NCBI GenBank assembly: GCA_950097015.1
Contig: CATNEN010000004.1
Location: 274,918-338,917 of the forward strand
Length of the DNA stretch: 64,000 bases
Origin: Macrostomum hystrix
Taxonomy: Eukaryota; Animalia; Platyhelminthes
Direction of reading: 5' to 3'
Under the pieces are notes generated by a model that made no database searches, was not told where the DNA came from, and saw nothing but the letters and a program-made list of their open reading frames with translations. This document shows, in pieces, positions 10,775-23,524 of this stretch; the first letter of the stretch is position 1, and each line of letters opens with the position of its first letter. The position numbers and the translations under genes were made by a program.

Positions 10775-12054
10775 CGCAGCAACAGCAGGTGCTAGTAAGG
10801 CACTACATTGTGAGGCCAACAGACCAGGGCGGATACTACATCAGTCCCAACCGTCGCTTCGCCAGCTTGGTGGAGCTGCTGGAGCACTACCAGAGCCAGC
10901 AGGACGGCATGTGCTGCCGCCTGACGCTGCCCTGCCCCAGGGAGTACGTGCCGCCGCCGCAGCTGCGCGACTTTGAGCTCAATAGGAAACTGCTCACCTT
11001 TGTTGAGAAGCTAGGCCAGGGCTCGTTTGGAGAGGTGCGACCATGACTTTAGTACATGGCTGACAACATGACACAATCCAGCCACAGTGCAGCATGAAAA
11101 TGACACAATCCTGCCACAGTGCAGCATGAAAATGACACAATCCTGCCACAGTGCAGCATGAAAATGACACAATCCTGCCACAGTGCAGCATGAAAATGAC
11201 ACAATCCTGCCACAGTGCAGCATGAAAATGACACAATCCTGCCAGTGTGACCCCCCAAAATCGCTCGCCCGCAGGTATGGAAGGCAAAGCTCGGCCGCCT
11301 AGTGGAGGTGGCTGTGAAGAGCATGAAGGAGGCCACGATGAACAAGGCGGACTTCATCAGCGAGGCCGAGAAGATGCACAAGCTGCACCATCCGAAGATT
11401 GTGCAGCTAGTCGGTGTTTGCACCAGAGAGGAGCCGTTCTACATCGTGACGGAATTCATGCCCAACGGCGCACTGACCGCCTACCTGAGGCGCGACAACG
11501 AGGAGGGCCGCAGGGTGACATTCTGCCACATGATTGACATGCTGTTCCAGGTGGCAGACGGTATGTCCTACCTGGAGCAGAAGCGTTTCATTCATCGCGA
11601 CCTGCGGGCCGCCAACATCCTGGTCGGCCTGAACAACACCGTCAAGGTGGGCGACTTCGGCCTAAGCCGCTGCATCGAGGAGGAGGCCTACTGCTTCAAG
11701 GAGGGCACCAAGTTTCCGATTCGCTGGACGGCGCCAGAGGCAGCGAAGTCAAAGGCGTTTACGCATAAATCAGACGTCTGGTCGTTCGGCGTGCTGGCCT
11801 ACGAGATTGTGACTCGGGGTGGCCTGCCCTACCCGGAGTACAGCAACAGTGACATACTGCGCCTGGTTAGCGGCGGCTACCGGATGCCGAATCCCGACTG
11901 CCCGGAGGTTGGGGTGTCATGCGAGCGCTTCCTCTACGAAAATGTGATGCTGGCCAGCTGGCAGCTGGACCCTGCCGCCAGGCCCACCTTCGCCGCAGTC
12001 AGAAATGTTCTGGAGAACTACTTTGTGGAGAAGCAGCCGCAGTATGAGCAGTAG
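10234..12054 (+). CDS. Src-family non-receptor tyrosine kinase, join(10234..11034,11275..12054), 526 aa
   Basis: MGNC myristoylation/palmitoylation motif; SH3 (ALYSF..WW..GYVPCNY); SH2 (FILR); GQGSFGEV|WK, VAVK, HRDLRAAN (Src-type), DFG, activation-loop Tyr, C-terminal PQY tail. Phase-0 intron GTGCGA...CCGCAG at 11035-11274. Confidence 0.95.
11069..11245. repeat. 32-bp tandem repeat inside the Src intron
   Basis: (TGACACAATCCTGCCACAGTGCAGCATGAAAA) x about 5.5. Confidence 0.9.
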
Positions 12055-12099
12055 GGGCTGAGAGGGGAGAGCAGGGAGGAAGTAGGTGTTCAATAATAG

Positions 12100-12500
12100 A
12101 AAGAAGGGCCTGAAGAGGAGGATGAAGGGCCTGGAGAGGAGGATGTAGGGCCTGGAGAGGAGGATGTAGGGCCTGGAGAGGATGAAGGGCCTGGAGAGGA
12201 GGATGTAGGGCCTGGAGAGGAGGATGAAGGGCCTAGAGAGGAGGATGAAGGGCCTGGAGAGGAGGATGAAGGGCCTGGATAGGAGGATGTAGGGCCTGAA
12301 GAGGAGGATTTAGGGCCTGAAGAGGAGGATGTAGGGCCTGGAGAGGAGGATGTAGGGCCTGAAGAGGTGGATGTAGGGCCTGGAGAGGAGGATGTAGGGC
12401 CTGGAGAGGAGGATGTAGGGCCTGAAGAGGAGGATGTAGGGCCTGGAGAGGAGGATGTAGGGCCTGGAGAGGAGGATGTAGGGCCTGGAGAGGAGGATGC
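12100..12500. repeat. 21-bp minisatellite (GGGCCTGGAGAGGAGGATGTA)n just 3' of the Src stop
   Basis: About 19 units read directly. Confidence 0.93.
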
Positions 12501-12849
12501 AGCACCTGCAGGGGAAGCAGGGAAAAGTAGAATGACGAAAGCTGGGGAGGCAAATTTATGAATGCTGAACACTGCAAAAATCAAAATAATTCCTGGCCCT
12601 GATACGAGTAAGAACCATAATTATATTGCCTAATTGTTTGCGCTATCTATTATTAATCCGTGATTTTCTCTAATCTTGAAGTAAATCTTCTTAACCGAAA
12701 TCTGAGCACCGGCGTCCCAAGCAGCACTGGTTGTGTACTTAACTCACACATCAGTCGAGTATTGCACATACTGTCCCAGAATGCTTCAGAATAAAATATA
12801 CAAAAAATATAACTGAAGTTCGCGCAAAACTTTTTTACGAGATGTTCTC

Positions 12850-13940
12850 AACCTGAGGATCTGGGAGCAATGCCAACCCAAACCTGAGGATCAGGGAGCA
12901 ATGCCAACCCAAACCTGAGGATCTGGGAGCAATGCCAACCCAAACCTGAGGATCTGGGAGCAAAGCCTACCCAAACCTGAGGATCTGGGAGCAATGCCAA
13001 TCCAAACCTGAGAACCTGGGAGCAATGCCTACCCAAAACCTGAGGATCTGGGAGCAATGCCTACCCAAACCTAAGGATCTGGGAGCAATGCCAACCCAAA
13101 CCTGAGAACCTGGGAGCAATGCCTACCCAAACCTGAGGATCTGGGAGCAATGCCAACCCAAACCTGAGGATCTGGGAGCAATGCCTACCCAAAACCTGAG
13201 GATCTGGGAGCAATGCCTACCCAAACCTGAGGATCTGGGAGCAATGCCTACCCAAAACCTGAGGATCTGGGAGCAATGCCTACCCAAACCTAAGGATCTG
13301 GGAGCAATGCCAACCCAAACCTGAGGATCTGGGAGCAATGCCAATCCAAACCTGAGGATCTGGGAGCAATGCCTACCCAAACCTGAGGATCTGGGAGCAA
13401 TGCCAATCCAAACCTGAGGATCTGGGAGCAATGCCTACCCAAACCTGAGGATCTGGGAGCAATGCCAATCCAAACCTGAGGATCTGGGAGCAATGCCTAC
13501 CCAAACCTGAGGATCTGGGAGCAATGCCGATCCAAACCTGAGGATCTGGGAGCAATGCCTACCCAAACCTGAGGATCTGGGAGCAATGCCTACCCAAACC
13601 TGAGGATCTGGGAGCAATGCCTACCCAAACCTGAGGATCTGGGAGCAATGCCAATCCAAACCTGAGGATCTGGGAGCAATGCCTACCCAAACCTGAGGAT
13701 CTGGGAGCAATGCCTACCCAAACCTGAGGATCTGGGAGCAATGCCTACCCAAACCTGAGGATCTGGGAGCAATGCCAATCCAAACCTGAGGATCTGGGAG
13801 CAATGCCTACCCAAACCTGAGGATCTGGGAGCAATGCCTACCCAAACCTGAGGATCTGGGAGCAATGCCTACCCAAAAACTGAGGATCTGGGAGCAATGC
13901 CTACCCAAACCTGAGGATCTGTGGGAAGTGTTTGCTCAGC
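12850..13940. repeat. 31-bp minisatellite (GAGGATCTGGGAGCAATGCCTACCCAAACCT)n
   Basis: About 35 units read directly. Confidence 0.95.
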
Positions 13941-14769
13941 CTGAGGATCTGGGAGCAATGACGATCAAAAAGTATCTACAAAAAGAGCGAGTAAAAATCG
14001 CAAGCAACATTTCAATTATCGATATCGACTTGTTTCAACTGAAAAGCTTCCCTTGTCAATTCTTATCCTGCTTATCGTCGTTAACAATTAGAGAATGTAA
14101 TTTTAACATCAACACAGACTTTTGGTGAGTAAAAGCTAATCACAAGAGGTTTTGTGTCCATTTGAAAACAAGCGATCGAGACATACTGAGAGGAGAAATA
14201 ATTTTCATTAAAAAAATCAAGTGTCCACGCTATCGCTAGTTGAATAAGTGATTGGATTAACTCGACTTTACTGGATATTCCAATGTGCATTGGGAACAGA
14301 AAACAAGATAGCGGAAACAAAAAACTAATATGCGTACTGTAAACAGGAGACCATCGGTTGGAATAAAAACATGCATTACACTTAGGCGGCTAGTGCAATT
14401 AGGAGAGAATTTCAATTGCACAAATGAGAACAGCAAGCTACCCTACTGAAAGTAGGCAGACAAGAGCAATGCGCCTGGAGATCTGATATTTTAAAACGAC
14501 CGGAATAAGTACATTTAGTGCAGAAAAGCAAATAGAAGATTATTACCGATTGGGAAAACTGGTGTTTTGTAAGATAACAAAATAGTGGACTTCCAATCTG
14601 CACTGCAATATTATAAGCAATCATCTTCGTATCTAGAATCCAAATATAGCCAAAAAAATAATTCAATGATTAAAAATACGATTATATTAAACACATAGAT
14701 ACATTTTGATAATTAAATAGCAGATGCTAACTGGGGAGACCACATGGATTATAAAGTAGAATCGTAGAA

Positions 14770-16060
14770 GGGATTGAAGGGAGAAGATAAAATTATGATT
14801 GAAGGGAGAAGATAAAATTATGATTGAAGGAAGAAAAGGAAGTGATTGAAGGGGGGAGATAAGAAGGGATTGATGGGAGGAGAAGAAGGGATTGAAGGGA
14901 GGAGAAGAAGGAATTGAAGGGAGGAGAAGGGACTGAAGGGAGGAGATAAGAAGGAATTGAAGGGAGGAGATAAGAAGGTATTGAAGGGAGGAGATAAGAA
15001 GGGACTGAAGGGAGGAGATAAAATATGATTAAAGGAAGGAGATAAGAAAGGATTGAAGGGAGGAGAAGGGATTGAAGGGAGGAGAAGAAGGGATTGAAGG
15101 GAGGAGATAAGAAGGAATTGAAGGGAGGAGATAAGAAGGTATTGAAGGGAGGAGATAAGAAGGGACTGAAGGGAGGAGATAAAATATGATTAAAGGAAGG
15201 AGATAAGAAAGGATTGAAGGGAGGAGAAGGGATTGAAGGGAGGAGAAGAAGGGATTGAAGGGAGGAGATAAGAAGGGATTGAAGGGAGGAGCAGGGATTG
15301 AAGGGAGGAGATGAAGGGATTGAAGGGAGGAGAGGAAGGGATTGAAGGGAGGAGAGGAAGGGATTGAAGGGAGGAGAAAAAGGGATTGAAGGGAGGAGAA
15401 GGAATTGAAGGGAGGAGAAGAAGGGATTGAAGGGAGGAGAAGAAGGGATTGAAGACAGGAGAGGAAGGGATTGAAGGGAGGAGCAGGGATTGAAGACAGG
15501 AGAGGAAGGGATTGAAGGGAGGAGAAGAAGGGATTGAAGGGAGGAGCAGGGATTGAAGACAGGAGAGGAAGGGATTGAAGGGAGGAGAAGAAGGGATTGA
15601 AGACAGGAGAGGAAGGGATTGAAGGGAGGAGAAGGGATTGAAGGGAGGAGAAGGGATTGAAGGGAGGAGAAGAAGGGACTGAAGGGAGGAGAGGAAGGGA
15701 TTGAAGGGAGGAGAAGGGATTGAAGGGAGGAGAAGGGATTGAAGGGAGGAGAAGGGATTGAAGGGAGGAGAAGGGATTGAAGGGAGGAGAAGGGATTGAA
15801 GGGAGGAGAAGAAGGGATTGAAGACAGGAGAGGAAGGGATTGAAGGGAGGAGCAGGGATTGAAGACAGGAGAGGAAGGGATTGAAGGGAGGAGAAGAAGG
15901 GATTGAAGGGAGGAGCAGGGATTGAAGACAGGAGAGGAAGGGATTGAAGGGAGGAGAAGAAGGGATTGAAGGGAGGAGCAGGGATTGAAGGGAGGAGAAG
16001 GGATTGAAGGGAGGAGAAGAAGGGACTGAAGGGAGGAGATAAAATATGATTAAACGGAGG
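14770..16060. repeat. Purine-rich 19-22-bp minisatellite (GGGATTGAAGGGAGGAGAA[GAA])n
   Basis: Tandem units read directly; the + strand is almost all purine. Confidence 0.93.
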
Positions 16061-16679
16061 AGAGACAAGGGATTAATAGGGAGAGGCGGATGGTATAAAA
16101 TAGCGAAATGACAATCTGGGATATGGATAAATTTGGCTGCAACGAAGCAATGTCTCACACAAATAACTTATATAAGCATATTGTGTTACACAGTACATAG
16201 CCCGAAATTTGACAACAATAACAATATAAGTAATGCTTTGTTCGCATTAGTCCACTTAAACGATATTATTCCTATATTGAAACACTGCGGCGTCAATTTC
16301 AATTCATGATCTGTAACGGAGGTTCGCATCTAGATAAAACAACAAGCAATCAAAATTTAGCTCACATTGACAAGATGAGAAAGGAAAAGTTTATTTTGAT
16401 TATAATTTGCTTTGTAACTGAACCATAACCATGTTCTAAACAGCAATACATTAATGTGGATAGAAAGTAATAAGAGTAAACGAAAATAAATGGTGAACAA
16501 TCGTAAATGAGTGAATGAATCAATCGGAGTGTTACTGTTCGGTAAATCTGTAAATTTATTCTTGAATCATTTGTCTCCCAACTGTGCCGCACATCTACAA
16601 ATATGAGCCACGTGTAACAAAGTAGATCGACACCGTAAATCCTATAAAGTTCGCACTGAATAAAGGGAAGAGACTAATG

Positions 16680-17040
16680 AGGTGGTGGATGCTGCAGTAG
16701 GGCAGAGAAAAGGAGGTGGTAGGTGCTGCAGTTGGGAAGAGAAAGGGAGGTGGTGGGTGCTGCAGTAGGGCAGAGAAAATGAGGTGGTGGTTGCTGCAGT
16801 AGGGCAGAGAAAAGGAGGTGGTGGGTGCTGCAGTAGGGCAGAGAAAAGGAGGTGGTGGGTGCTGCAGTAGGGCAGAGAAAAGGAGGTGGTGGGTGCTGCA
16901 GTTGGGAAGAGAAAGGGAGGTGGTGGGTGCTGCAGTAGGGCAGAGAAAATGAGGTGGTGGGTGCTGCAGTTGGGCAGAGAAAATGAGGTGGTGGGTGCTG
17001 CAGTTGGGCAGAGAAAATGAGGTGGTGGGTGCTGGGAAAA
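16680..17040. repeat. 34-bp tandem repeat (GAGGTGGTGGGTGCTGCAGTAGGGCAGAGAAAAG)n
   Basis: About 10 units; the 34-aa periodicity of the ORF translations matches three units. Confidence 0.9.
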
Positions 17041-17153
17041 TGGGTGGTGACAATTCTAAATTTTTGTTGAGCGTGCATCTGCGAATACCAATCAAAACCC
17101 AATAAGAAATTTCTCGCAATAGACTGAAAACATGGCATGTAAAATCATTTGAG

Positions 17154-17159
17154 TTTATT
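17154..17159 (-). promoter_or_regulatory. Putative polyadenylation signal of Rab7
   Basis: AATAAA on the minus strand about 43 nt after the Rab7 stop codon. Confidence 0.55.
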
Positions 17160-17201
17160 GGTGATGGATTTCATCAAGGCTCCCTACAATGGGCCGAGCG
17201 A

Positions 17202-18211
17202 TCAGCACGAGCAACCGCCCTGCTGGCCGCCCTGCTGCCCGGAGCCGGCGCCACCCTGCAGCTGGATGGCTGGCGGCAGTTCGGAGGCGCCGGCGTCGTC
17301 AGCGGCGGCCTCCTGGGCCAGGGCGTCTTTGGCCAGCTGCATGAAGGCGGCCTCAACGTTGACGGCCTCCTTGGCGCTGCACTCGAAGTAGGGCATGTTG
17401 GATTTTGTCTGCGCCCACTGGGCGGCCCGCTTCTTGGTGACGCCGCGGTTCTCCAGGTCGATCTTGTTGCCAGCCAGCACGAAGGGGAAATTGTCCGGAT
17501 CCCTGGGGCTGGCCTGGATCAGGAACTCGTCCCGCCAAGAGTCCAGCGTCTTAAACGAGTTCGGCTGCGTCACGTCGTACACTGCGGGAATTGGCGGCGT
17601 GCGGGGATTGGGATTGGGGATTCTCGGAAACTGGGATTGGGGATTCTCGGAAACTGGGATTGGGGATTCTCGGAAACTGGATTGGGGATTCTCGGAAGCT
17701 GGATTGGGGATTCTTGGAAACTGGATTGGGGATTCTTGGAAACTGGGATTGTGATTCTTGGAAACTGTAATTAGGGATTCTTGGAAACTGCGATTGATGA
17801 TTGTAGAAAACTGGGATGGGAGATTATTTGGAAGTTGGAATTGGGGATTCTGTGAACCTGTGACAGAGACTCCTGTTTTTTATTGATAAGTATTGTATTA
17901 AGGAGCGAGAAGAGTTGGAATATCCATAAAAGTTCAGCCGACTCACCCAGCATGCAGGCATCGGCGCCGCGGTAGAAGGCCACGCCAAGGGACTGGAATC
18001 GCTCCTGACCGGCGGTGTCCCACAGCTGCAGGGTGACCACCCGGTCATCAACCATCAGCTCCTTGGTGAGGAAGTCAGCCCCAATGGTGGCCTTGTACTG
18101 GTTGCTGAACTTGCGGTTAACAAACTGGTTCATCAGGGAGGTCTTGCCGACACCGGAGTCGCCAAGGATGATCACCTTGAGCAGGATCTTCTTGCGGCTG
18201 GCACTGGACAT
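17202..18211 (-). CDS. Rab7: Rab7 small GTPase, complement(join(17202..17581,17947..18211)), 214 aa
   Basis: [60 protein letters not shown] and a C-terminal CSC prenylation motif. Phase-1 intron GTGAGT...CCGCAG at 17582-17946. Confidence 0.97.
17605..17830. repeat. About 23-bp tandem repeat inside the Rab7 intron
   Basis: (GGAAACTGGGATTGGGGATTCTC)-like units. Confidence 0.85.
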
Positions 18212-20635
18212 GCTTTCTGATTAATATTGTTGACAATGCAGAACTCACTGATGGGATAATTAGTTAATTATAGAGCTTGCAGGCTGGAAAATAAATACTG
18301 TAATTGCTGGTTTAATATTAATAAACTATTTTTACTAAGCAACAGCAAAAATACTTGTAGGGAAACTTTGATCCTTAGCATGTTAGTTAAAAATATATAA
18401 TTTTATATGACAAAACAACAATTTACACTGAATCATTGATCTGATGATTAACTATCTATCTTCTGATTATTCTGTTATGACTCCACTATTCAGTAGACTC
18501 TATAATATAGCATTGAAAACAAAATACAACACAGATAATTAAACAATTATAAAATTCTATTTAGGGGGCCTACTAATAGAACCATACATAGTGATAAGAT
18601 ATTATTAACTAATGATCTAGTTTCTTTTGTTTCAATGAAAGTGAAAGCTATTTTAGTTTAACTTTACAAAAAATGATTAAAATATAAATTATGAAGTTTT
18701 GATAAAGCCATAGGGGGTTAAACCCTAAACCCATGGAAAGATTGCTAAGAAATCATTAGATTTAATGTGTTACCTCTAGTCTGAACATGGCTATAGCTAG
18801 GCTATGTTAAGTAATTTTGTGAATGTAGTTGTTGCTATGCATATATAGCTTTACAGCATTCTTTTCAAATTATTTGTAAAACTTTTTTTCCAAAGTCTCT
18901 TTTTGAATTGATGCCACAACTTGAAATTTTGATTGTCAATGTTATTTTTTTGCATTAAACAAACTGGGGCTGCTTCTGGGGTACAGAACTTTTCTGTGGC
19001 AAATGTTCAGTGGGGGGATAAAAAGCAAAATGGTTGACATGATTAGGAGTGTCTATGGCCAAAAAGAATGAAATGGTTAGTGAGAAAGGAAGTATTAGCA
19101 CATCTTCAGCATTCTGCTAACACATTCTACTAATTTTCTACCATTAACACTCACTTAAAGTCTATTAAAACCATGTCAATATGCGCCTGGCAGCACCACC
19201 ATTTATTGTGGATCTAAACTCCTTTATTATTGCACCAGCCAAATTTTGACACACAATCTTGAAGAATTTGGACCTGACATTTGACACTCATCATAACATA
19301 GTTTCTGATTGCTTGATTGTTTCGAATTGTTTCAAAATGATTTCTTAATGTCTTTGTATTCTTTAAAAAAAATCTGAAAAAGTTAAATGAAGAATTAAAA
19401 AATAATGCCAGCTATATTATACTTCTATGACTATATCCATGACTTTATAAAACAAAATAAGAGAAGACTTTGGCTTGGAATATGAAAGTGGCAACAAACA
19501 ACAACAAGGGAGATCAGAAAACAAAAAAATACCATGGACCATAACAATAAAGTTACAGAACATTTCTCCTAAATTTTAAGAGGCAATGAAGAATATTAAT
19601 AGGACTAAAAACGGAACACTATTAAAGTTACTAAGTGTTACTGACTTATATTTGCAGTATATTAGATATAAAGTATATTAGATATAGGCCCTATACAAGC
19701 TATAGCAAGGGAGCAGGCAACTGTAGTCTGTACAATGCTGTTGTATTTCAAGAGCAGTGGCTATGGCTAAGTACTAAGCTAGCTAGCTTACTTTTAATAA
19801 CATAAACCTAGTTTCTTAAGCTACTCCAGTAGTACTTGCAGTAATTTTTTGTTATTTCTCGAAATCTGCAACACACATATATATAATTTACACTTCCAAA
19901 TTTTCTATCAATATTTATATCATACTTTATATCAAAACTTTCATACAGGCATAATTAATAATGCCAGATTACGAGAACCTTTTTACTTTTTTAAAGCAGG
20001 CAGCTGACCTATGACGCAAAAGCGTTGTAGAGTCCTAACAAGTGCCTAAATTACCAAAGAAAAAAACTAAATATAATCCCACTTAAATAGATGAAACTGA
20101 TTAATAATTACATATTCGTGCAACTACGTAATTTGTTTTATCTAGTGTGTTTTGAAGAAAGAATATATTATTTAAACTCAAATACTACTTCAGCACGAGC
20201 GGTCCGGGTTCATATGCTTTTATTGGTTTGTTTCAGTAAATTTATAAAGCATTAGAAGCCAGATATTGCTTTAGTATCGTACATGAGTTCAGCAAGAGAG
20301 CTGTGAATTTTACTGAAATTTTCTTTCATCAAGATGTATCGCCAGGATCAGTTCATAAGTGAAAAATTCGCATCCAAAGCTTGCTTTGTTAGCCGCTGAT
20401 CAGTCCATATGCCGCTGTGAAGTGGCTGCCAACTGTAATGCTTGCGTACTGTTTACTTCGCCTCCCTATGTGTCTGATCGCTCCAGCCAATCAGAGCCTT
20501 ACACGCGCGCTCAGCTATCAATTCTCACCTGCCGTACCCCCACCCCAAAATATCGATCCATCAAATATATAGTGTCGCCCGCTGGGCAGCGCTCAGTTGA
20601 GCATTACTTTCGACTACTAACTAAAGCCTCTACAG

Positions 20636-20653
20636 TGGCGTCGCAAGCAGGAT
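20636..20653 (+). promoter_or_regulatory. Primer-binding site, tRNA-Ser-like
   Basis: TGGCGTCGCAAGCAGGAT begins 1 nt after the 5' LTR. Its complement resembles the 3' end of tRNA-Ser (tRNA identity is inference). Confidence 0.75.
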
Positions 20654-22450
20654 GTCTGTGCCCTTACACCTGCCCCCACCTGAGCCTTTCGATACACAGA
20701 AAGAGCCACACAATCTCGCGGCGCGGTGGGCAGAATGGGCCAGCCGGTTCAAGTGCTTTGTGACAGCCAGCGGCATTTCAAACACGTAACAGCAACGCGA
20801 AATTCTGCTATGTCGGCGGTAAACAGCTTTACGAAGCCTACACAGAGCTGACCACACCAGGCGAGTCACTCGACGATCTCCTAAAGGCCTTCAAAGGGCA
20901 CTTCAGCAGCAGGCACAACCCCGTGTTCGTGCGGTACGAGTTCCGGTTCTGCACTCAACAGCAGGGCGAGTCTATCAACGCTTGGGTGCAGCGGCTGTAC
21001 AAGGCAGCAGAGGGCTGCGATTTCCAGACCCAGCGCGACCCCATCATCAGGGACCAGATCGTTGCCGGCTGCCAATCAGACCAGCTGCGACGCAGGCTGC
21101 TGCAGACACCGAACATCGGCCTTCAGGACGCCCTGCAGCAGGCCAGAGCCTTCGAATCGGCGGACCTCCAGTCAGCGGCTATCGAAGCCCGAAAGTCCGA
21201 CTCTGTGAATGCTTTTCGGCGAATCGAGAGGCCAGCGAGATCGGAGCAGCCCAGAAACAGCAAATGCATCCGCTGCGGCGAGCCGGGCCACAGAACTTGC
21301 GAGGTCAGCATCCACCTACGCAAAGAAGCCGTGCCTGTCTGCCACCCACCCAGCCGAGTCCCGGTGCACCTGCCGGAGGCAGCGCAGCGCGAGCTAGACG
21401 AACAGCTCGCGGCCGGCATCATCGAGCGAGTGAAGGGACCGTCCGACTGGGTGGCCCGCATGGTGGTGGTCCCGAAGTCGCGCAGCCAGGCCAAGTGCGC
21501 ATCACCAAGGACCTGCGGGATGTTAACAAGTTCGTGGTGCCCGACATTCGAGGAGGTCACAGACGAAATGGCGGGCGCGCGCTACTTCTCGGAGCTCGAC
21601 ATCAACAAGGCCTTCCATCAGATCCGCGTCCGGGAGGAATCGCGCCACTTGCTGACGTTCTCCACGCCAAAGGGCCTCATGCGACTGACGCGCCTGTGCA
21701 TGGGATTCACGTCAGCGTCGGAGATCCTGCAGAGGGTCATGACCACCGTGCTCGGCGGTCTGTCCGGGGTCCGCTGGGTGCACGATGACATCATCTACAC
21801 CAGAAACATGAAGGACGACAACCAGCAACTGGCGGCAACTCTGCAGCGGCTGGAGTCCTACAACGTCACCCTCAACCCGGCGAAGTGCAGATTCGCGGTC
21901 AGGGAGGCGACTTTTCTCGCCATGCGCCTCTCTGAGAAGGACATCCAGCCAACTGAGGACAAGGTGAGCGCGGTCCAGTCGTTTAGGGCACCGAAGAACG
22001 CGTCCGAGGTGAGATCATTCCTAGGCCTCGTTGCCTTTGTCAGCCGCTTTATCCCAGCACTCGCAGACATTGCCAAGCCTCTCAGAAACCTGACTAGAAG
22101 GGAGGCCGCCTGGACCTGGGGAGCGGCGGAAGACGCTGCCTTCAACGCCGTCAAGAGCTCCATCGCTGCCAGCAACACGTTAGCGTTCTTCGACAAGCGG
22201 AAGCCGACAGAAGTGATCGTGGACGCCAGCCCGACCGGCCTCGGGGCGATCCTCAGCCAGCAACAGCCAGACGGCAGCCTGAGACCAATCGCCTACGCCA
22301 GCCGCGCCCTGACGGCCGTAGAGGCGCGCTACTCGCAGACCGAGTGGGAGGCTCTCGCGGTTAAATTCGGCTGCCTCCGCTTCCGCCACTACCTCAGCGG
22401 CTCACCCGGCTTCCGAGTCGTCACCGATCACAAGCCGCTGGTGCACCTGT
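20652..22450 (+). pseudogene. Degraded gag-RT-RNase H polyprotein lacking protease and integrase
   Basis: Gag starts MSVPLHLPPPEPF with an early stop and frameshift. The half zinc knuckle CIRCGEPGH runs straight into RT (MVVVPK, ELDINKAFHQI, VHDDII), then RNase H (VDASPTGLGAIL, AYASRAL, TDHKPL), then truncation. Confidence 0.9.
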
Positions 22451-22536
22451 TTTACTTTATTCAAATTTCGTCTTTGTGGCCACCCTGCTCGTGTTAATCT
22501 CCCATTTTAATTTCATTTAAAGGATCTAAGGATCTT

Positions 22537-22550
22537 AGGGAAGGGCAGGA
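22537..22550 (+). promoter_or_regulatory. Polypurine tract of the Gypsy element
   Basis: AGGGAAGGGCAGGA abuts the 3' LTR. Confidence 0.75.
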
Positions 22551-23524
22551 TCTAAGGCTTGCGTACTGTTTACTTCGCCTCCCTATGTGTCTGATCGCTC
22601 CAGCCAATCAGAGCCTTACACGCGCGCCCAGCTATCAACTCTCACCTGCCGTACCCCCACCCCAAAATATCGATCCATCAAATATATAGTGTCGCCCGCT
22701 GGGCAGCGCTCAGTTGAGCATTACTTTCGACTACTAACTAAAGCCTCTACACCAACCACACCCAAATGTGTGCCTCATCTAATGCTTATACTCATTTGCA
22801 AAACATGTGAGCTTAAGGATTGAGGAATTGTCTTCTTAAAATACACAGATAGTTTTCCTGGGCTGAGATTCGAACTAGTAGATCTCTGGATCAGAGCTAC
22901 AGTCTACGAGTAACTACTGGGGTCCGGCAAATAAGCCAGTCACCCCAACTCGACCCGAAATGACACTTGTGAAGGTGCGCGAGGCTGTTGACATAGCAGG
23001 CTCCGCTAACACTTCCATGGACATTAACTGGAGAAAACTGGCAGGCTAATGGAGAATGGGATGTATATGTAGTAGACCCTTCAGGGAAAAGAGCGTGGCA
23101 CGTTAGAAATTGTAAGAAGGGATTGAATCCTTGCCATGGAGGATAAAACAAACGATCCCTATGCAAAAGTCCCTATTCTCAGCACTGACTATGCAAGAAC
23201 TAGATGCCCAGTAGATTGTGGGAGTCTAGGCCGCAGCAAACAGTAGCTCAAAACGAAGATATGGGACCTTGGCCAATCGGACCAAAATTACCTACGATCA
23301 ATCCCTCAATCGTAATCGGTGCCTATGGGGACTGAGGTGTGATCCACTTTTATCTTGGGATCAGCACCTTGGGATCTTTATATAGTTGCTCGCATTTAGC
23401 CATCTCAGGGTTACCTTTTAACCCATTTCAGGACCTCTTTTAAACGACACCAAACTTGTGAACATGCGACTCAATGGTAAAAAAGTTCACAAAATAAGTT
23501 AACGTACCTTCTGGTCACCCTAAT

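Larger units (their letters stand above)
20434..22751 (+). mobile_element. Ty3/Gypsy LTR retrotransposon, internally deleted (non-autonomous)
   Basis: 201-bp LTRs at 20434-20634 and 22551-22751 (TG..CA; about 4 differences), 5-bp TSD CCAAC on both sides, PBS, PPT, and degraded gag, RT and RNase H. Confidence 0.95.

Noticed and set aside
12090-17138. ORFs in the Src-Rab7 intergenic region (SSPGPT, LPDPQV, PSIPSSPPF repeats)
   Set aside because: Minisatellite translations.
18300-20350. AT-rich region upstream of Rab7 with G-run motifs reminiscent of DNA transposon ends
   Set aside because: No paired termini or TSD identified.
22840-23420. Possible repeat fragment with a B-box-like GTTCGAATC and a TATA-like motif on the minus strand
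   Set aside because: No A box, TSD, second copy or coding similarity to support a call.
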